A DNA stretch of 64,000 nt from a marine group bacterium Sva0996 bin134 (GCA_002239105.1 MPNQ01000010.1:14638-78637); one strand, 5' to 3'. Shown: positions 48,842-58,569, counted from the first letter of the stretch. Notes: generated by a model not told the origin, from the letters alone. Translations and numbers: made by a program.

Positions 48842-49694
48842 GGGACTCAGCGCTCTCATTTCAGATTCCCCGTCGATGAACGATGGCGCCCGCACCTCGA
48901 CCTATTTGGAACTCCCCCTCGACGCCATTTCCGTGAACCCGTATCAACCTCGGGACAAGTTCGATCAGGCAGCCTTGAACGTGTTGACCGAGTCCATTCG
49001 CGAGGTTGGCGTGCTTCAACCGGTGTTGGTTCGCCCTAGTTCCAACGGCAAATACGAGCTAATCGCCGGCGAGCGGCGTTGTCGGGCAGCAAGACAGGCT
49101 GGACTCGAGCGGATCCCTGCCATTGTCCGCACCGCAGAAGATGCTGATTCCTTAGAGCAGGCCCTGCTGGAGAACTTGCACCGGGAAGACCTGAATGCCA
49201 TTGAAGAAGCCGCTGCGTGCCACCAGCTGATTGAGGAGTTTGGGTTTACCCAGGACACCGTGGCGAAGCGATTGGGCCGAAGCCGATCTGCGGTGGCCAA
49301 CACCGTGCGTCTCTTGCAACTCCCCAGCGAAGTCAAAGCGATGGTTGTGGAGGGCTCGCTGTCGGCGGGTCATGCCCGGGCGCTGTTGAGCGTTGCCAAC
49401 GAGAAACGCTTGATCAAGCTGGCGAAGAAGGCAGTGGCAGATGGCTTCACCGTGAGGATGGTGGAGGAAGCTGCTCGCGATGGAGCTTCAACAGCCAAGA
49501 ACGCCAAGAAACCCGAGGAGCGGTCAAGTAGTTCTGATCGGGGAGCAGCGGTACTCGAGTTGGAGGGCCTGTTGAGTGAACACCTCAGCACCAAGGTGGA
49601 TGTGTCGCTCGGTAAGGGTCAGGGAAAGGTAGTTATTCAGTTTGCTGATCTGGATGACTTGGAGCGCATCTACCGGGTGATGCTCCAGGCCTGA
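48816..49694 (+). CDS. parB: chromosome partitioning protein ParB/Spo0J
   Basis: GLGRGLSALI, NPYQPR, the GERRCRAA arginine patch, and an HTH (QDTVAKRLGRSRSAVANTVRLL). Confidence 0.92.
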   Translation: MARSPGLGRGLSALISDSPSMNDGARTSTYLELPLDAISVNPYQPRDKFDQAALNVLTESIREVGVLQPVLVRPSSNGKYELIAGERRCRAARQAGLERIPAIVRTAEDADSLEQALLENLHREDLNAIEEAAACHQLIEEFGFTQDTVAKRLGRSRSAVANTVRLLQLPSEVKAMVVEGSLSAGHARALLSVANEKRLIKLAKKAVADGFTVRMVEEAARDGASTAKNAKKPEERSSSSDRGAAVLELEGLLSEHLSTKVDVSLGKGQGKVVIQFADLDDLERIYRVMLQA

Positions 49695-49708
49695 TCAAGC
49701 AGGCTTGG
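49685..49708. terminator. possible bidirectional hairpin at the convergent parB / cwlM-like gene ends
   Basis: CCAGGCCTG-ATCAAG-CAGGCTTGG forms a 9-bp stem with one mismatch, spanning both stop codons. No U-tract. Confidence 0.25.
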
Positions 49709-50675
49709 TTGCCCATAGGGCAAGGCAGCCTTCTATGGCCCGGGCTAAGGGGGAGAGGCGGGCATGCACTAGGCCGGGGGGGCCCATGAGGCATTGGACG
49801 GCGGTCATTCGGGTGTGTCGCAGCACCGGCAACCGCATTCCCTTTACATCGGCGCTATCGGTGCCCAATGCCGCAGGAAGCCTTTGGCCTAGAATGCTGG
49901 CCAACCGCTGACCGCCGGGAGAGACGAATCCCTCGGTGGCGAAATAGGCCACTCGACACGCAGGGTCGTCGGAGGGGAGCAATCCCAGGTATACGTCCAC
50001 TTCCAGACGGTTGGCTTCGTCGGCCCGGTCGGCCTCTGTCCAGTCGCAGGCCTCGCTAACTGCCGCACCGGAGCGCCGCAAGCCAGTGGCCAATTCTCCG
50101 GCTACTGCGGCCATCGTGCTCGTCGAAGCGATCATTATGTGTTGTTCGGTCAGTCTTCGCGGCGCTAGCTGGAGTTTTGCCCGCTCCCGAACGGCGGCCA
50201 CGGTGGCGGGGGTGACTCTGGCCGACATGCGCACTAGGGCGGCGGTGGTGGCCGGGCCACACACCGCATCGGCGACGAGGCCGCTGTTGAGCTGGAATTC
50301 TTCCATCGCGTCGGCGGTGTTAGGCCCGAAAATCCCATCCACCCTTCCGGCATCGAATCCCAGCGACCCCAGCCGGAGCTGCAATTCGGCGACGTCGTCA
50401 CCCCGCAGCATGGGGTGGCTCATGTAGAGGTGTCTATCGCCAAGCGACCAGCTGGCCTCCTGCAAGGCAGTCCAGGTATGAGGCCCGCAGATTCCGTCAA
50501 CGCTGAGGCCTCGGCTGGCTTGGAAATCAGCTACCGCCGACGCGGTGGAGGCATCAAAGGATCCGTTTGCCGATAGTGCCAGGGCAAAACCTGCCGACGC
50601 CAGCTTCTGTTGCAGGAGTACGACATCGTCGCTCTCGTCTCCCCGCTTCAGCGTGGGTAGATGGTCGTCGGCCAA
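49695..50675 (-). CDS. cwlM: CwlM-like protein: two PG_binding_1 repeats plus an apparently degenerate amidase_3 domain, no signal peptide
   Basis: Two copies of G..G.DV..LQ..L...GF......DG.FG..T..A...FQ. The C-terminal amidase_3-like fold has IASTS where DPGHGG is expected. Synteny parB / cwlM / trxA / trxB / sigM matches mycobacteria. Confidence 0.65.
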   Translation of the reverse strand: MADDHLPTLKRGDESDDVVLLQQKLASAGFALALSANGSFDASTASAVADFQASRGLSVDGICGPHTWTALQEASWSLGDRHLYMSHPMLRGDDVAELQLRLGSLGFDAGRVDGIFGPNTADAMEEFQLNSGLVADAVCGPATTAALVRMSARVTPATVAAVRERAKLQLAPRRLTEQHIMIASTSTMAAVAGELATGLRRSGAAVSEACDWTEADRADEANRLEVDVYLGLLPSDDPACRVAYFATEGFVSPGGQRLASILGQRLPAALGTDSADVKGMRLPVLRHTRMTAVQCLMGPPGLVHARLSPLARAIEGCLALWATKPA

Positions 50676-50737
50676 TTCTGGCGCTCCTCGTATTCGTGCT
50701 TGTCAGCCCCCCGCAGGCGATGAGCGAAAGTAGACCG

Positions 50738-51067
50738 TCAAAAGGCGACTTCGCCGATCTCCTGGAGCAGTTGTTGCTTGCCTTTGGCCCCCACGATCCG
50801 CTTGGCCGGTTCACCATCTTTGAACACGATCAGCGTGGGAATGCTCATCACCTGGTAGCGCAGGGCAACGTCTTGGGCATCGTCCACGTTGAGCTTGGCC
50901 ACGCTGAGCACGCCGGCTTTCTCGACGGCGATCTCATCGAGGATTGGGGCGATCATCTTGCACGGGCCGCACCACTCAGCCCAAAAGTCGACAACGACCG
51001 GTAGCTCCGCGCTGCCAATCACTTCATCAAAGGTCTCATTGGTGAGCGTGGTGATGCTCTCAGCCAT
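50738..51067 (-). CDS. trxA: thioredoxin
   Basis: VVVDFWAEWCGPCKMIAP active site. 109 aa. Confidence 0.95.
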   Translation of the reverse strand: MAESITTLTNETFDEVIGSAELPVVVDFWAEWCGPCKMIAPILDEIAVEKAGVLSVAKLNVDDAQDVALRYQVMSIPTLIVFKDGEPAKRIVGAKGKQQLLQEIGEVAF

Positions 51068-51128
51068 CTTTGGGATCCCTTCGTTTGCGGGGGTCGGGGA
51101 GCGATCAGCCTATCAGCGGATCTTCGAT

Positions 51129-52115
51129 TTAGCCGTGTCCGGCGGACTCCAGCCAACGCTCGGCATCTATGGCGGCCATGCAACCTGAGCCGGCGGCGGT
51201 CACCGCCTGGCGGTAGATGTCGTCTTGCACGTCGCCGCAGGCGAAAACGCCCTCGACATCGGTGTGGCTGGAGTCGGGCTTGGTAACCAGGTACCCGTTT
51301 TCCTTGCGCTTCAGCTGACCTTCGAACAGGTCGGTGTTGGGCCGGTGGCCGATGGCAATGAACAGCCCGGTCACGTCTAGAGCAGAAGTCTCGCCGGTGA
51401 CCACATTCTGGACATCGACGCCGGCGAGCTTGTCGTCACCGCGGATGTCGGTTACCACATTGTTCCACAAGAACTCGATGCGGTCGTTGGCGAATGCCCG
51501 ATCCTGCATGATCTTGGAGGCCCGCAACTCGTCTCTGCGATGGACTACCGTGACCTTGGAGGCGAAACGGGTCAAGAAGGTGGCTTCTTCCATAGCCGAG
51601 TCGCCGCCACCCACCACGGCGATGTGCTGGTCCCGGAAGAAGAAACCGTCGCAGGTCGCGCAGGTGGACAGGCCGTGTCCGATCAGCCGCTCCTCGGCCT
51701 CCAGGCCCAGCATGATCGACTGGGCTCCGGTCGACACGATTACCGCCCATGCCCGGTAGGTGGGCTCGGGGGCGTCGGGGTCGCCCACCCACACGCCGTG
51801 GGGTGGACCGGTTAGGTCGACCCGGCTGACCTTCTCGGTGAGCATCTCCGCGCCGAACCGCTGGGCTTGCTCTCGGAATTTGATCATCAGCTCCGGGCCC
51901 ATCACCCCGTCGGGGAAGCCGGGGTAGTTCTCCACGTCGGTGGTGAGCATCAGCTGTCCGCCGGGCTGGTCGCTGGTGGACGACGGCTCGCCCTCGATGA
52001 CCAGGGGAGAGAGGTTGGCCCGGGCGGTGTAGACCGCCGCGGTAAGCCCGGCTGGCCCTGAGCCGATGATGATTACCTCGCGGATGCCTTGATCAGTTGT
52101 GGGAGCGTCGGTCAT
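51129..52115 (-). CDS. trxB: thioredoxin-disulfide reductase
   Basis: IIIGSGPAGLTAA FAD motif, CATCDG redox centre, and VVGGGDSAMEEA NADPH motif. Confidence 0.95.
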   Translation of the reverse strand: MTDAPTTDQGIREVIIIGSGPAGLTAAVYTARANLSPLVIEGEPSSTSDQPGGQLMLTTDVENYPGFPDGVMGPELMIKFREQAQRFGAEMLTEKVSRVDLTGPPHGVWVGDPDAPEPTYRAWAVIVSTGAQSIMLGLEAEERLIGHGLSTCATCDGFFFRDQHIAVVGGGDSAMEEATFLTRFASKVTVVHRRDELRASKIMQDRAFANDRIEFLWNNVVTDIRGDDKLAGVDVQNVVTGETSALDVTGLFIAIGHRPNTDLFEGQLKRKENGYLVTKPDSSHTDVEGVFACGDVQDDIYRQAVTAAGSGCMAAIDAERWLESAGHG

Positions 52116-52441
52116 GAGGGCCGCCTCGACCAGGCGAAGGCGCCTAGCGAAACGAAGAACAACCCGAGGATGCCGTGAGCTGCCCAGGCCCGTCCGGTGG
52201 CCACCTCTAGGCCGCGCACCGCGGCGATTATGCCCAGCACCAGCACGATTATCAGGGGAAACACCCCGAAAACGACGTAGGCCAGCATGCGGCTAGCCCC
52301 GACCACTGGCCCGGAGGTCACATCGCGGACCTTGTCTACAGAATTGACGACGGCATCAGCAGCCTGTTCGGGCCAGTCTTCAGACAGGCCCAGCATCGAA
52401 GCGGTCGTCGCCTCTTCTTTTGGCTCAGCGGCATCAGCCAT
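52112..52441 (-). CDS. small membrane protein (hypothetical), translationally coupled to trxB
   Basis: 109 aa with two predicted TM helices. Its stop overlaps the trxB ATG (ATGA). Confidence 0.4.
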   Translation of the reverse strand: MADAAEPKEEATTASMLGLSEDWPEQAADAVVNSVDKVRDVTSGPVVGASRMLAYVVFGVFPLIIVLVLGIIAAVRGLEVATGRAWAAHGILGLFFVSLGAFAWSRRPS

Positions 52442-52501
52442 AGGTGTTCAGACTACCGCCGAGCTGTGTCATATCCGATGTTGGGGGATAGGGGGGAGAG
52501 G

Positions 52502-53536
52502 CTAGGGCCAGTCGAGAAATGTGTGGGAATTGAACAGCTCACAGTCGGGCGGCGGGGATGTCTGGGTGAATCGCAGTTCGCCTTCGCCGAGGTACACCGA
52601 CACCTGGGATCCGGTTCCTTCCACCACTGCATCGAATCGGGTCAGCAGTTCGAGCTTCTCGTCGGCGGTCAGAGGACAGTCCAAGAGGTCGAGTCGGGCG
52701 GCAGCATCGGCTTGGTCTGTGCCTTGAGCAGCGGTGAGATCCTCCGCCACCTGTACAACGTGGACGATGAGATCAGCCTCGCTGGCGAACACCAAGGCGG
52801 CCTCTTCAGAAAGGGGCACGATTTCTGCTGGCTCGTCGGCCATTGCCGGCTCTGGTTCTTCTGAGTCATCGCTGGGGGCTTCATCGGCGGGTTCGTCTTC
52901 AAGCGATTCGGGACTGGCGGCCACAGCGGCAGACTCTTCTGCGGGCCCCATCAGATCGATGGGTTCCGGCAGCGCCTCTGTAGCGGCGTCGGCGTCATCC
53001 GACATTGGAGCAGCCGATTCCATTGCCATATCTTCGGCAGGCTCCTCGCTCTCGGCTGGCTCTGCGCTCTCGGGTTGGGGCTCGGGAGCAAGTGGTGCCT
53101 CGGGGACGGCATCTGCCGGTGCGTCGGCCATCGCCGGGGCCGACGCCGAATCGTCTGCGAACTGATCGTCGTCGCCGGTCTGCTCGAACAGGGTCACGCC
53201 CACCATGGTGATGGCTGCCACCACTGCGGCTGCGGCCAAAATGACCCGTGCTCGTGGAGGTACCGACCGCAGTCGGCGGCGGGCTGTCTCCAGCGACACC
53301 ACCGGGGCTCGGTGGTCCAGTGCCTGGGCGATCATCTGATCCCGCACCTCGTCGGAGGGCGGTTCCACCGGGGAGGCCACCAGATCTCTGACGGCCCGGA
53401 GCTCTTCCACCAGTTCCAGCAAGCGGGGATCGCCTTCCACCAGGGCGGCCTCTTCTGGCGTGGCTTCCCCGTCCAGATAGGCGGAGGCCAGCTCGTCTAG
53501 TTCCTCTGGGGTCATCTCGCGGCGCTCGTCGCTCAT
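52502..53536 (-). CDS. putative anti-sigma factor (single-pass membrane protein with acidic extracytoplasmic region)
   Basis: 4-nt overlap with the sigma gene. N-terminal LASAYLDGEATPEEAALVE... anti-sigma-like helix, TM segment VILAAAAVVAAITMVGVTLF, and a D/E/A/P-rich outer part. Confidence 0.6.
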   Translation of the reverse strand: MSDERREMTPEELDELASAYLDGEATPEEAALVEGDPRLLELVEELRAVRDLVASPVEPPSDEVRDQMIAQALDHRAPVVSLETARRRLRSVPPRARVILAAAAVVAAITMVGVTLFEQTGDDDQFADDSASAPAMADAPADAVPEAPLAPEPQPESAEPAESEEPAEDMAMESAAPMSDDADAATEALPEPIDLMGPAEESAAVAASPESLEDEPADEAPSDDSEEPEPAMADEPAEIVPLSEEAALVFASEADLIVHVVQVAEDLTAAQGTDQADAAARLDLLDCPLTADEKLELLTRFDAVVEGTGSQVSVYLGEGELRFTQTSPPPDCELFNSHTFLDWP

Positions 53537-54186
53537 GGTTGCTCCCCAGTGTGACGTTGGCCGGAGTCATCTGGGTTCCCGCTCATCAATTCGGCCAAAC
53601 GCCGGCGTCCCCGGGAGATGCGAGACCGGACTGTCCCGGGAGCGATGTCCAACTCTTCGGCGATCTCCTCATAGCTCAATCCCATCTGGTCGCACAGCAC
53701 CACCGGCACCCGGAATGCCTCGGGGAGCTGGGCCAGGGATGCCTCGATGTCCAGCCGATCGCTCACCGAGTCGGCCACCGGCCGCTCGACGGCCGCTAGG
53801 GGCTGCTCCTCCACTGGCGCCGGCACTGGCCGCCGGCCCCGGCGTCGCAGCTCGTCGAGGCAGGCGTTGGTCACCACCCGGTGCATCCAAGTGGTGAACT
53901 TTGAGCGCCCGTCGAAGCGATCGATGCGCCGCACCAGGGTGATGAGGGCCTCCTGGGTGGCATCTGAGGCGTCGGCCTCGTTGCCGGCCAGCCGCCGGCA
54001 GATGGCGTAGATCTGGTTGTAGTGCCGCCGCAGCAGGTCATCGAACGCGGCCTGGTCGCCCTTTTGGGCTCTCTTGACAAGGTCGGTGTCGTCGGCTGCG
54101 CCCCTGATTCCCTGAGGGTACTCACCCTCAGGGTGTATATGGTTGAACCAGGTGTAACTAGGCCGGGAACTAATCCACTCCGGCAT
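53533..54186 (-). CDS. ECF (sigma-70 group IV) RNA polymerase sigma factor, SigM-like by synteny
   Basis: Region 2 reads DLVKRAQKGDQAAFDDLLRRHYNQIY...DATQEALITLVR. Region 4 reads LSYEEIAEELDIAPGTVRSRISRGR. Confidence 0.85.
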   Translation of the reverse strand: MPEWISSRPSYTWFNHIHPEGEYPQGIRGAADDTDLVKRAQKGDQAAFDDLLRRHYNQIYAICRRLAGNEADASDATQEALITLVRRIDRFDGRSKFTTWMHRVVTNACLDELRRRGRRPVPAPVEEQPLAAVERPVADSVSDRLDIEASLAQLPEAFRVPVVLCDQMGLSYEEIAEELDIAPGTVRSRISRGRRRLAELMSGNPDDSGQRHTGEQP

Positions 54187-54197
54187 TCGTCATAGGT

Positions 54198-55619
54198 ATG
54201 ACCGATCGACGGGGGAGGACACCCATGCACCACGCGAACCCCACTGCAACCAAGTCCAAGCGCCGCCCCCTGGGCTTCATGCTGCTGGCGCTGCTCAGCG
54301 CGTTCTTTGTGCTGTTCAGCGCATGCAGCCCCGGCAACGACGACGATGCCGCGGTCAGCATGGATGCGCCCGCTGATGATATGGCCGCACCCGAATCGGC
54401 AATGGCCACCGATGACAGCGGAGGTCCCGTTTCTGAGCAAGCTGCGGACGAAGAGTCCGCGTTGGCCCGGCCCGAACCTGTTGAGCTGAGTGAAGACAGC
54501 GGCCTCGCCGTCCCCACTGCCCTCACGCCTGCCGATCTGGGCCGCGACATCATCTACCGGGCCACCATCGAGGTGCAGGCCGACGATGTGGCCGCGGCCA
54601 ACCGCGAGGCGGTGGCCATCGTGCAGGGCTTGGGCGGGATCGTGTTCTCCCAGTCCACCCGCACCGAGCCCCGCCCTCGCACCGAGATCACCTTCAAGGT
54701 GCTGCCCGGCGATTTCTCCACCGCGCTCGAACGCCTGGCCGGGGTGGGCAAGCTGATCGATCAGGTCATCAGCTCCGACGACGTGACCGAGATCATCGTC
54801 GATCTGGAAAGCCGCATCATCACCGCCGAGGCCAGCGTGACCCGTCTCCGTAAGTTCTTAGAGGAGGCCACCCAGCTCGAAGACGTCGCCCAACTCGAGC
54901 GCGAGCTGCTCGACCGGGAGACCACTCTGGAACGGCTGCGGGGCCAGCTCCGCACCCTGAGCGACCAGGTGGATCTGGCCACCATCACCCTCACCATCAC
55001 CCAGTCGCCCACCGTGTTGCCCGACACCGGGATCCGGGTCACGGCCTGGGTGTCCGAGGACGCCCAAGACCCGTGCCTGGGCGTGCAGAACATCACCGTG
55101 GAGCCCGACGCAAGCGTCTACCTCTGCTTAGAGGTGGAGAACACCGGCACCTCAGCGCTCACCGACGTGGACGTGAGCACCCGCAACCTGCGCCTCAACC
55201 TCGACAACTTCCGACCTGTCCAGGGCAACTTCAACCGCATCGAGGCCAACGAGTTGATGGCCGCGGTGCTGGAGCTCCCCATCGAAGAGGGCCGCCTGGC
55301 CGGCCGGGTGGCCACCCGGGGACTGCCCATCGAGCTCGAAGTGCTGGCCACGCCGGTGGATTTCGACGGCACTGCGCTCGATGAGGTGTGGGGCGAGTCG
55401 GTGGTGTGGGTGCAAGTCGACACCGACGACGCCCTGCCCGGCTTCGGCGACTCAGTGTCCGACGGCGCCAGCGGCGTGGTGGCCGTGTTCAGCGTGGTAC
55501 TGATCGTGGTCGGTGTACTGCTGCCCTTCCTGCCCATAATCGCCGCCCTCGCCGCCCTCATCTGGTGGATCCGCAGCCGCCGCAACCGCAAAGCAGAATC
55601 GCCGCCCCCGGCTAGCTAA
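54198..55619 (+). CDS. DUF4349 domain-containing lipoprotein with C-terminal TM anchor
   Basis: Lipobox-like LFSAC. DIIYRATIEVQADDV...ITFKVLPGDFSTALERLAGVGKL...coiled coil...DLATITLTI is the DUF4349 pattern. A hydrophobic helix lies near the C-terminus. Confidence 0.75.
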   Translation: MTDRRGRTPMHHANPTATKSKRRPLGFMLLALLSAFFVLFSACSPGNDDDAAVSMDAPADDMAAPESAMATDDSGGPVSEQAADEESALARPEPVELSEDSGLAVPTALTPADLGRDIIYRATIEVQADDVAAANREAVAIVQGLGGIVFSQSTRTEPRPRTEITFKVLPGDFSTALERLAGVGKLIDQVISSDDVTEIIVDLESRIITAEASVTRLRKFLEEATQLEDVAQLERELLDRETTLERLRGQLRTLSDQVDLATITLTITQSPTVLPDTGIRVTAWVSEDAQDPCLGVQNITVEPDASVYLCLEVENTGTSALTDVDVSTRNLRLNLDNFRPVQGNFNRIEANELMAAVLELPIEEGRLAGRVATRGLPIELEVLATPVDFDGTALDEVWGESVVWVQVDTDDALPGFGDSVSDGASGVVAVFSVVLIVVGVLLPFLPIIAALAALIWWIRSRRNRKAESPPPAS

Positions 55620-58569
55620 ACACAGCTCGGGAGGACATCAACCGATCGTATAGTTCCATGAGATCGGGGCTGACCAAGTCGTCGGCCTCTGGCTGCTTAC
55701 TCTCTCTGCGGAGCAATTCCACCAATTCGACCATGACGTGGCGTATCTCGGTGGGACTTTCCGCCGAGGCGGTCAACCGCCAGCGATAGCACTGCTCGCA
55801 TATCCCCACCACCCGGAGGCTGGTTAGGGCAGCCATGCGGGCGCCCTGAGTGTCACCCGCCTCTATGCACCTCTCAGCCAACTCGTGGGCCGTATTGTCC
55901 ACAAGGCAGTCGATTTGGGTGCGCAGGCCGAAATCGGCCCATCGGTACATGTCCCCAGTTCCTCCGGCGAATGGGGTTCCTCGCACAAGTTCAAGAGCAG
56001 TTTGAAGCATTTCTCGCCCGCGTTCGCTGGGATCCAAGCGAGCAGCGGAAACGAGGTCCTTGAACCTGCCGACATCGGTCCCCACTTCCGGTCGCAGACG
56101 ATAAATACCCCTTGGGCCCACCCTGGGCAGGTAATGCTCGCCATCGTCGTTGAACCCCAGCGCCTTGCGGGCCCGGCTAACAGTGTTGGCCAGAGTTGAA
56201 CGGGAGGGAGGTTTGTCAGGTGGCCAGATGTTGGCCGTTATCTGATCTGCGTCAGCACCCTCAGGATGGAAGGCCAGGTAGGCCACCAAATCTAGGGCGC
56301 GACGCGATTCGAACTGACGCGCCGCCCCCAGCACATCCACGCTTCCCATAGCCCGAACTTCTAAATCGACGGGCAAGGGGTCAATGAGAGGAGGGCCACC
56401 ATTTGGCGGGATCGATGTCGCCACAGCCGGACTCACTCCTTGGATTTCCTTGGCACAAACCGCCAGTTCGGCGACTGCCGCGACAGCATCACCAGAAAGG
56501 CCAAAAGGCTCCAGTTGAAGGCCGATTGGCTCTAGCAACAAGCCGCGCTCATCGAAGTACCCCTTCCAATTCGCGCCCTTGAGTCCGTGAGCCACGATGC
56601 TGACCGACGAACCGCACACCTCCAGAAGGCGGGAAGCTTCTTCCTCTTGGAGGGCGTTGGACACCAGCACCACAGTGGGATGCCAGAAGTCACCGCTGCT
56701 TCCGAATCTGGTGATGGCTGGAGGGGGATGGCTTCCCAGCAGTGCTCGGTTCTGGCTCCTTTGATATTCGATCCGTTCGATTGCCGAAGTCACGTCGGAG
56801 ACGTAGTCAACTCGCTCAAACGCAGTCAGGGCCTGGCCAAAGCCAACGCACAGCACGGTGAGATCGTCGGCTAGGTGGCTGCTGGCCAGCTGGGTAGCCA
56901 TTGCGGCGCACATGTCGCCAACTGCTTCGCTGTCACCCTCCAAGTTCAGGGCGTCTATGTATTCGAGGTTCAACAAGAATTCGTGGCCGCTTCTCTTTCC
57001 AACGGTGACTAAAGCGGGAAGTGGTGCTGGCACACCGTCTGCCTCCGCCAGGAGATGCTCCAGCTCAACGTCCCTCGACAGCCTCCATGTCATGCCGTCT
57101 TCGCCGACAACGAACCCGGAAGGTGCCTCAGCGGGCGTGCCCAGAAGAACTGACACGCTGTGTGAATCCAGGCTCACTCCAATGATCTCGAGTGGGGGAG
57201 TGCCTAAGACCCGAGAAGACAGCACTCTCAATGATGCGTCCAAGAACAGAGCGCTGTCAGGGTCGAATGCAGCCTCCAACTGCTGTTGCACATGAACCGC
57301 TTCAGCGCTGGGCGAAGCAGGTATGCGAAGGTTTGGCAGACTGCGGCGATGAGTCCGCCGAAGCCGAGCCAACACCCAACCGAGGCTGCTGGCGAATACT
57401 CCTAGACCGCCGATCGCGATGACGGTCTGCCTGCCGGAATCAGGCTGCCCTTCGGTTTCTGCCGGGATAACGCTGGTCACGACGGTCGGTCTGGCGGCGG
57501 AGTAGGCCATCACCGGGGCGGGACGGCCAGTCGATACTGGCAGCGGCTTGGAAGGTGGATCAGTAGACGGCGGCATTTGGATCTCCGGTTCATGGGCTGG
57601 GAGTTGAAGCTGCCATCCAGGCATGATCACGCTGGGATCTTGAATGATGTCCCGGTTGGAATTGAAGATGTCGATCCACCTTTCCGGGTCATGGAGATGA
57701 TGGGTTGCTAGCCCCCACAATGTGTCTCCGCTTTGCACGGTGATCGTGGAGTCATCGGGTTCGGGGAGAGGAACCAGGGTTGGCGGGCTATTCACCGGGG
57801 CTTTCTTGTCATCGAACACAGCTAATTCCTGGTGTGTATCAGCGGGCATGACCAATTCCCATCCCGGCTGAAGTCGCGCAGGATCGGTCAAAGTGCCCCC
57901 AACAGCCTGAGGTTGGTCTTGATTGAGCACAAACACCTCATTCCATCTGCTGGGGTCACCCAAATACCGTTCGGCGAGCATTCGCAGGCTGTCGCGTCGC
58001 CCTACCGTATGAATTAGCGGCTCTGCGTCAGTGGGTTCTTCCCCAAGCGTGGCGTTGGCTTCGCTCCTATTTGCATCTGGGGCAAGTCGGCCTTCCGCGT
58101 CTTCAAATGCAACTTCCCATGACTGTCCAACTTCCGTCTCAGTGCTTGCTGGTGCCAGGAGATCCTGATTGTCGGCCATCGCAACCCCAGGATGTTGAAT
58201 CGAAAATGCGATCACCAGGGCGGTGCCGATTATTCGGGCTGACAAGCGCTGTACGAACAGAGGGACGAAAGCAACTCGGGGGGCTACTCGACCATGAAGA
58301 TGGGCCCACAGTTCTATGGCTACGCCGGCAAGCATCTGCAACCAGAGAACCCAAACCACGAGGGAGATCGACTTCAGGATCAGGGATGGGGGAATGGCCC
58401 CTGTCTTGAGGGCATTTGCTACCTCCGACCCCGATGGAATCTCTTGGGGAAGTGGCCATCCCACCCCAACTATGAGGAGTATTGGGAGGCCGACCAGCAA
58501 CCCGGCGAGCAAAGCGGCAGAAGCCAAGCCGCGGATGAGTTCCGTGCGGTTTTCTTCGTTCAGATTCAT
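55612..58569 (-). CDS. polytopic membrane protein with two LysM-like repeats and a C-terminal winged-helix + BTAD (SARP-like) module
   Basis: Three N-terminal TM helices. LysM-like HTVGRRDSLRMLAERYLGD...GWELVMP and ITVQSGDTLWGLATHHL...GWQLQLP, then TM4 (TVIAIGGLGVFASSLGWVL). About 330 aa are unassigned. The C-terminus has an OmpR-type wHTH (EVRAMGSVDVLGA...IYRLRPE) plus BTAD helices. Confidence 0.75.
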   Translation of the reverse strand: MNLNEENRTELIRGLASAALLAGLLVGLPILLIVGVGWPLPQEIPSGSEVANALKTGAIPPSLILKSISLVVWVLWLQMLAGVAIELWAHLHGRVAPRVAFVPLFVQRLSARIIGTALVIAFSIQHPGVAMADNQDLLAPASTETEVGQSWEVAFEDAEGRLAPDANRSEANATLGEEPTDAEPLIHTVGRRDSLRMLAERYLGDPSRWNEVFVLNQDQPQAVGGTLTDPARLQPGWELVMPADTHQELAVFDDKKAPVNSPPTLVPLPEPDDSTITVQSGDTLWGLATHHLHDPERWIDIFNSNRDIIQDPSVIMPGWQLQLPAHEPEIQMPPSTDPPSKPLPVSTGRPAPVMAYSAARPTVVTSVIPAETEGQPDSGRQTVIAIGGLGVFASSLGWVLARLRRTHRRSLPNLRIPASPSAEAVHVQQQLEAAFDPDSALFLDASLRVLSSRVLGTPPLEIIGVSLDSHSVSVLLGTPAEAPSGFVVGEDGMTWRLSRDVELEHLLAEADGVPAPLPALVTVGKRSGHEFLLNLEYIDALNLEGDSEAVGDMCAAMATQLASSHLADDLTVLCVGFGQALTAFERVDYVSDVTSAIERIEYQRSQNRALLGSHPPPAITRFGSSGDFWHPTVVLVSNALQEEEASRLLEVCGSSVSIVAHGLKGANWKGYFDERGLLLEPIGLQLEPFGLSGDAVAAVAELAVCAKEIQGVSPAVATSIPPNGGPPLIDPLPVDLEVRAMGSVDVLGAARQFESRRALDLVAYLAFHPEGADADQITANIWPPDKPPSRSTLANTVSRARKALGFNDDGEHYLPRVGPRGIYRLRPEVGTDVGRFKDLVSAARLDPSERGREMLQTALELVRGTPFAGGTGDMYRWADFGLRTQIDCLVDNTAHELAERCIEAGDTQGARMAALTSLRVVGICEQCYRWRLTASAESPTEIRHVMVELVELLRRESKQPEADDLVSPDLMELYDRLMSSRAVFS

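Noticed and set aside
54110-54133. Perfect 9-bp inverted repeat CCCTGAGGG-N6-CCCTCAGGG inside the first 25 codons of the ECF sigma gene, near the divergent DUF4349 start
   Set aside because: A rough estimate gives about 2 such 9-bp repeats by chance in 64 kb of this composition. It lies inside coding sequence with no supporting second site. It is recorded here but not promoted.
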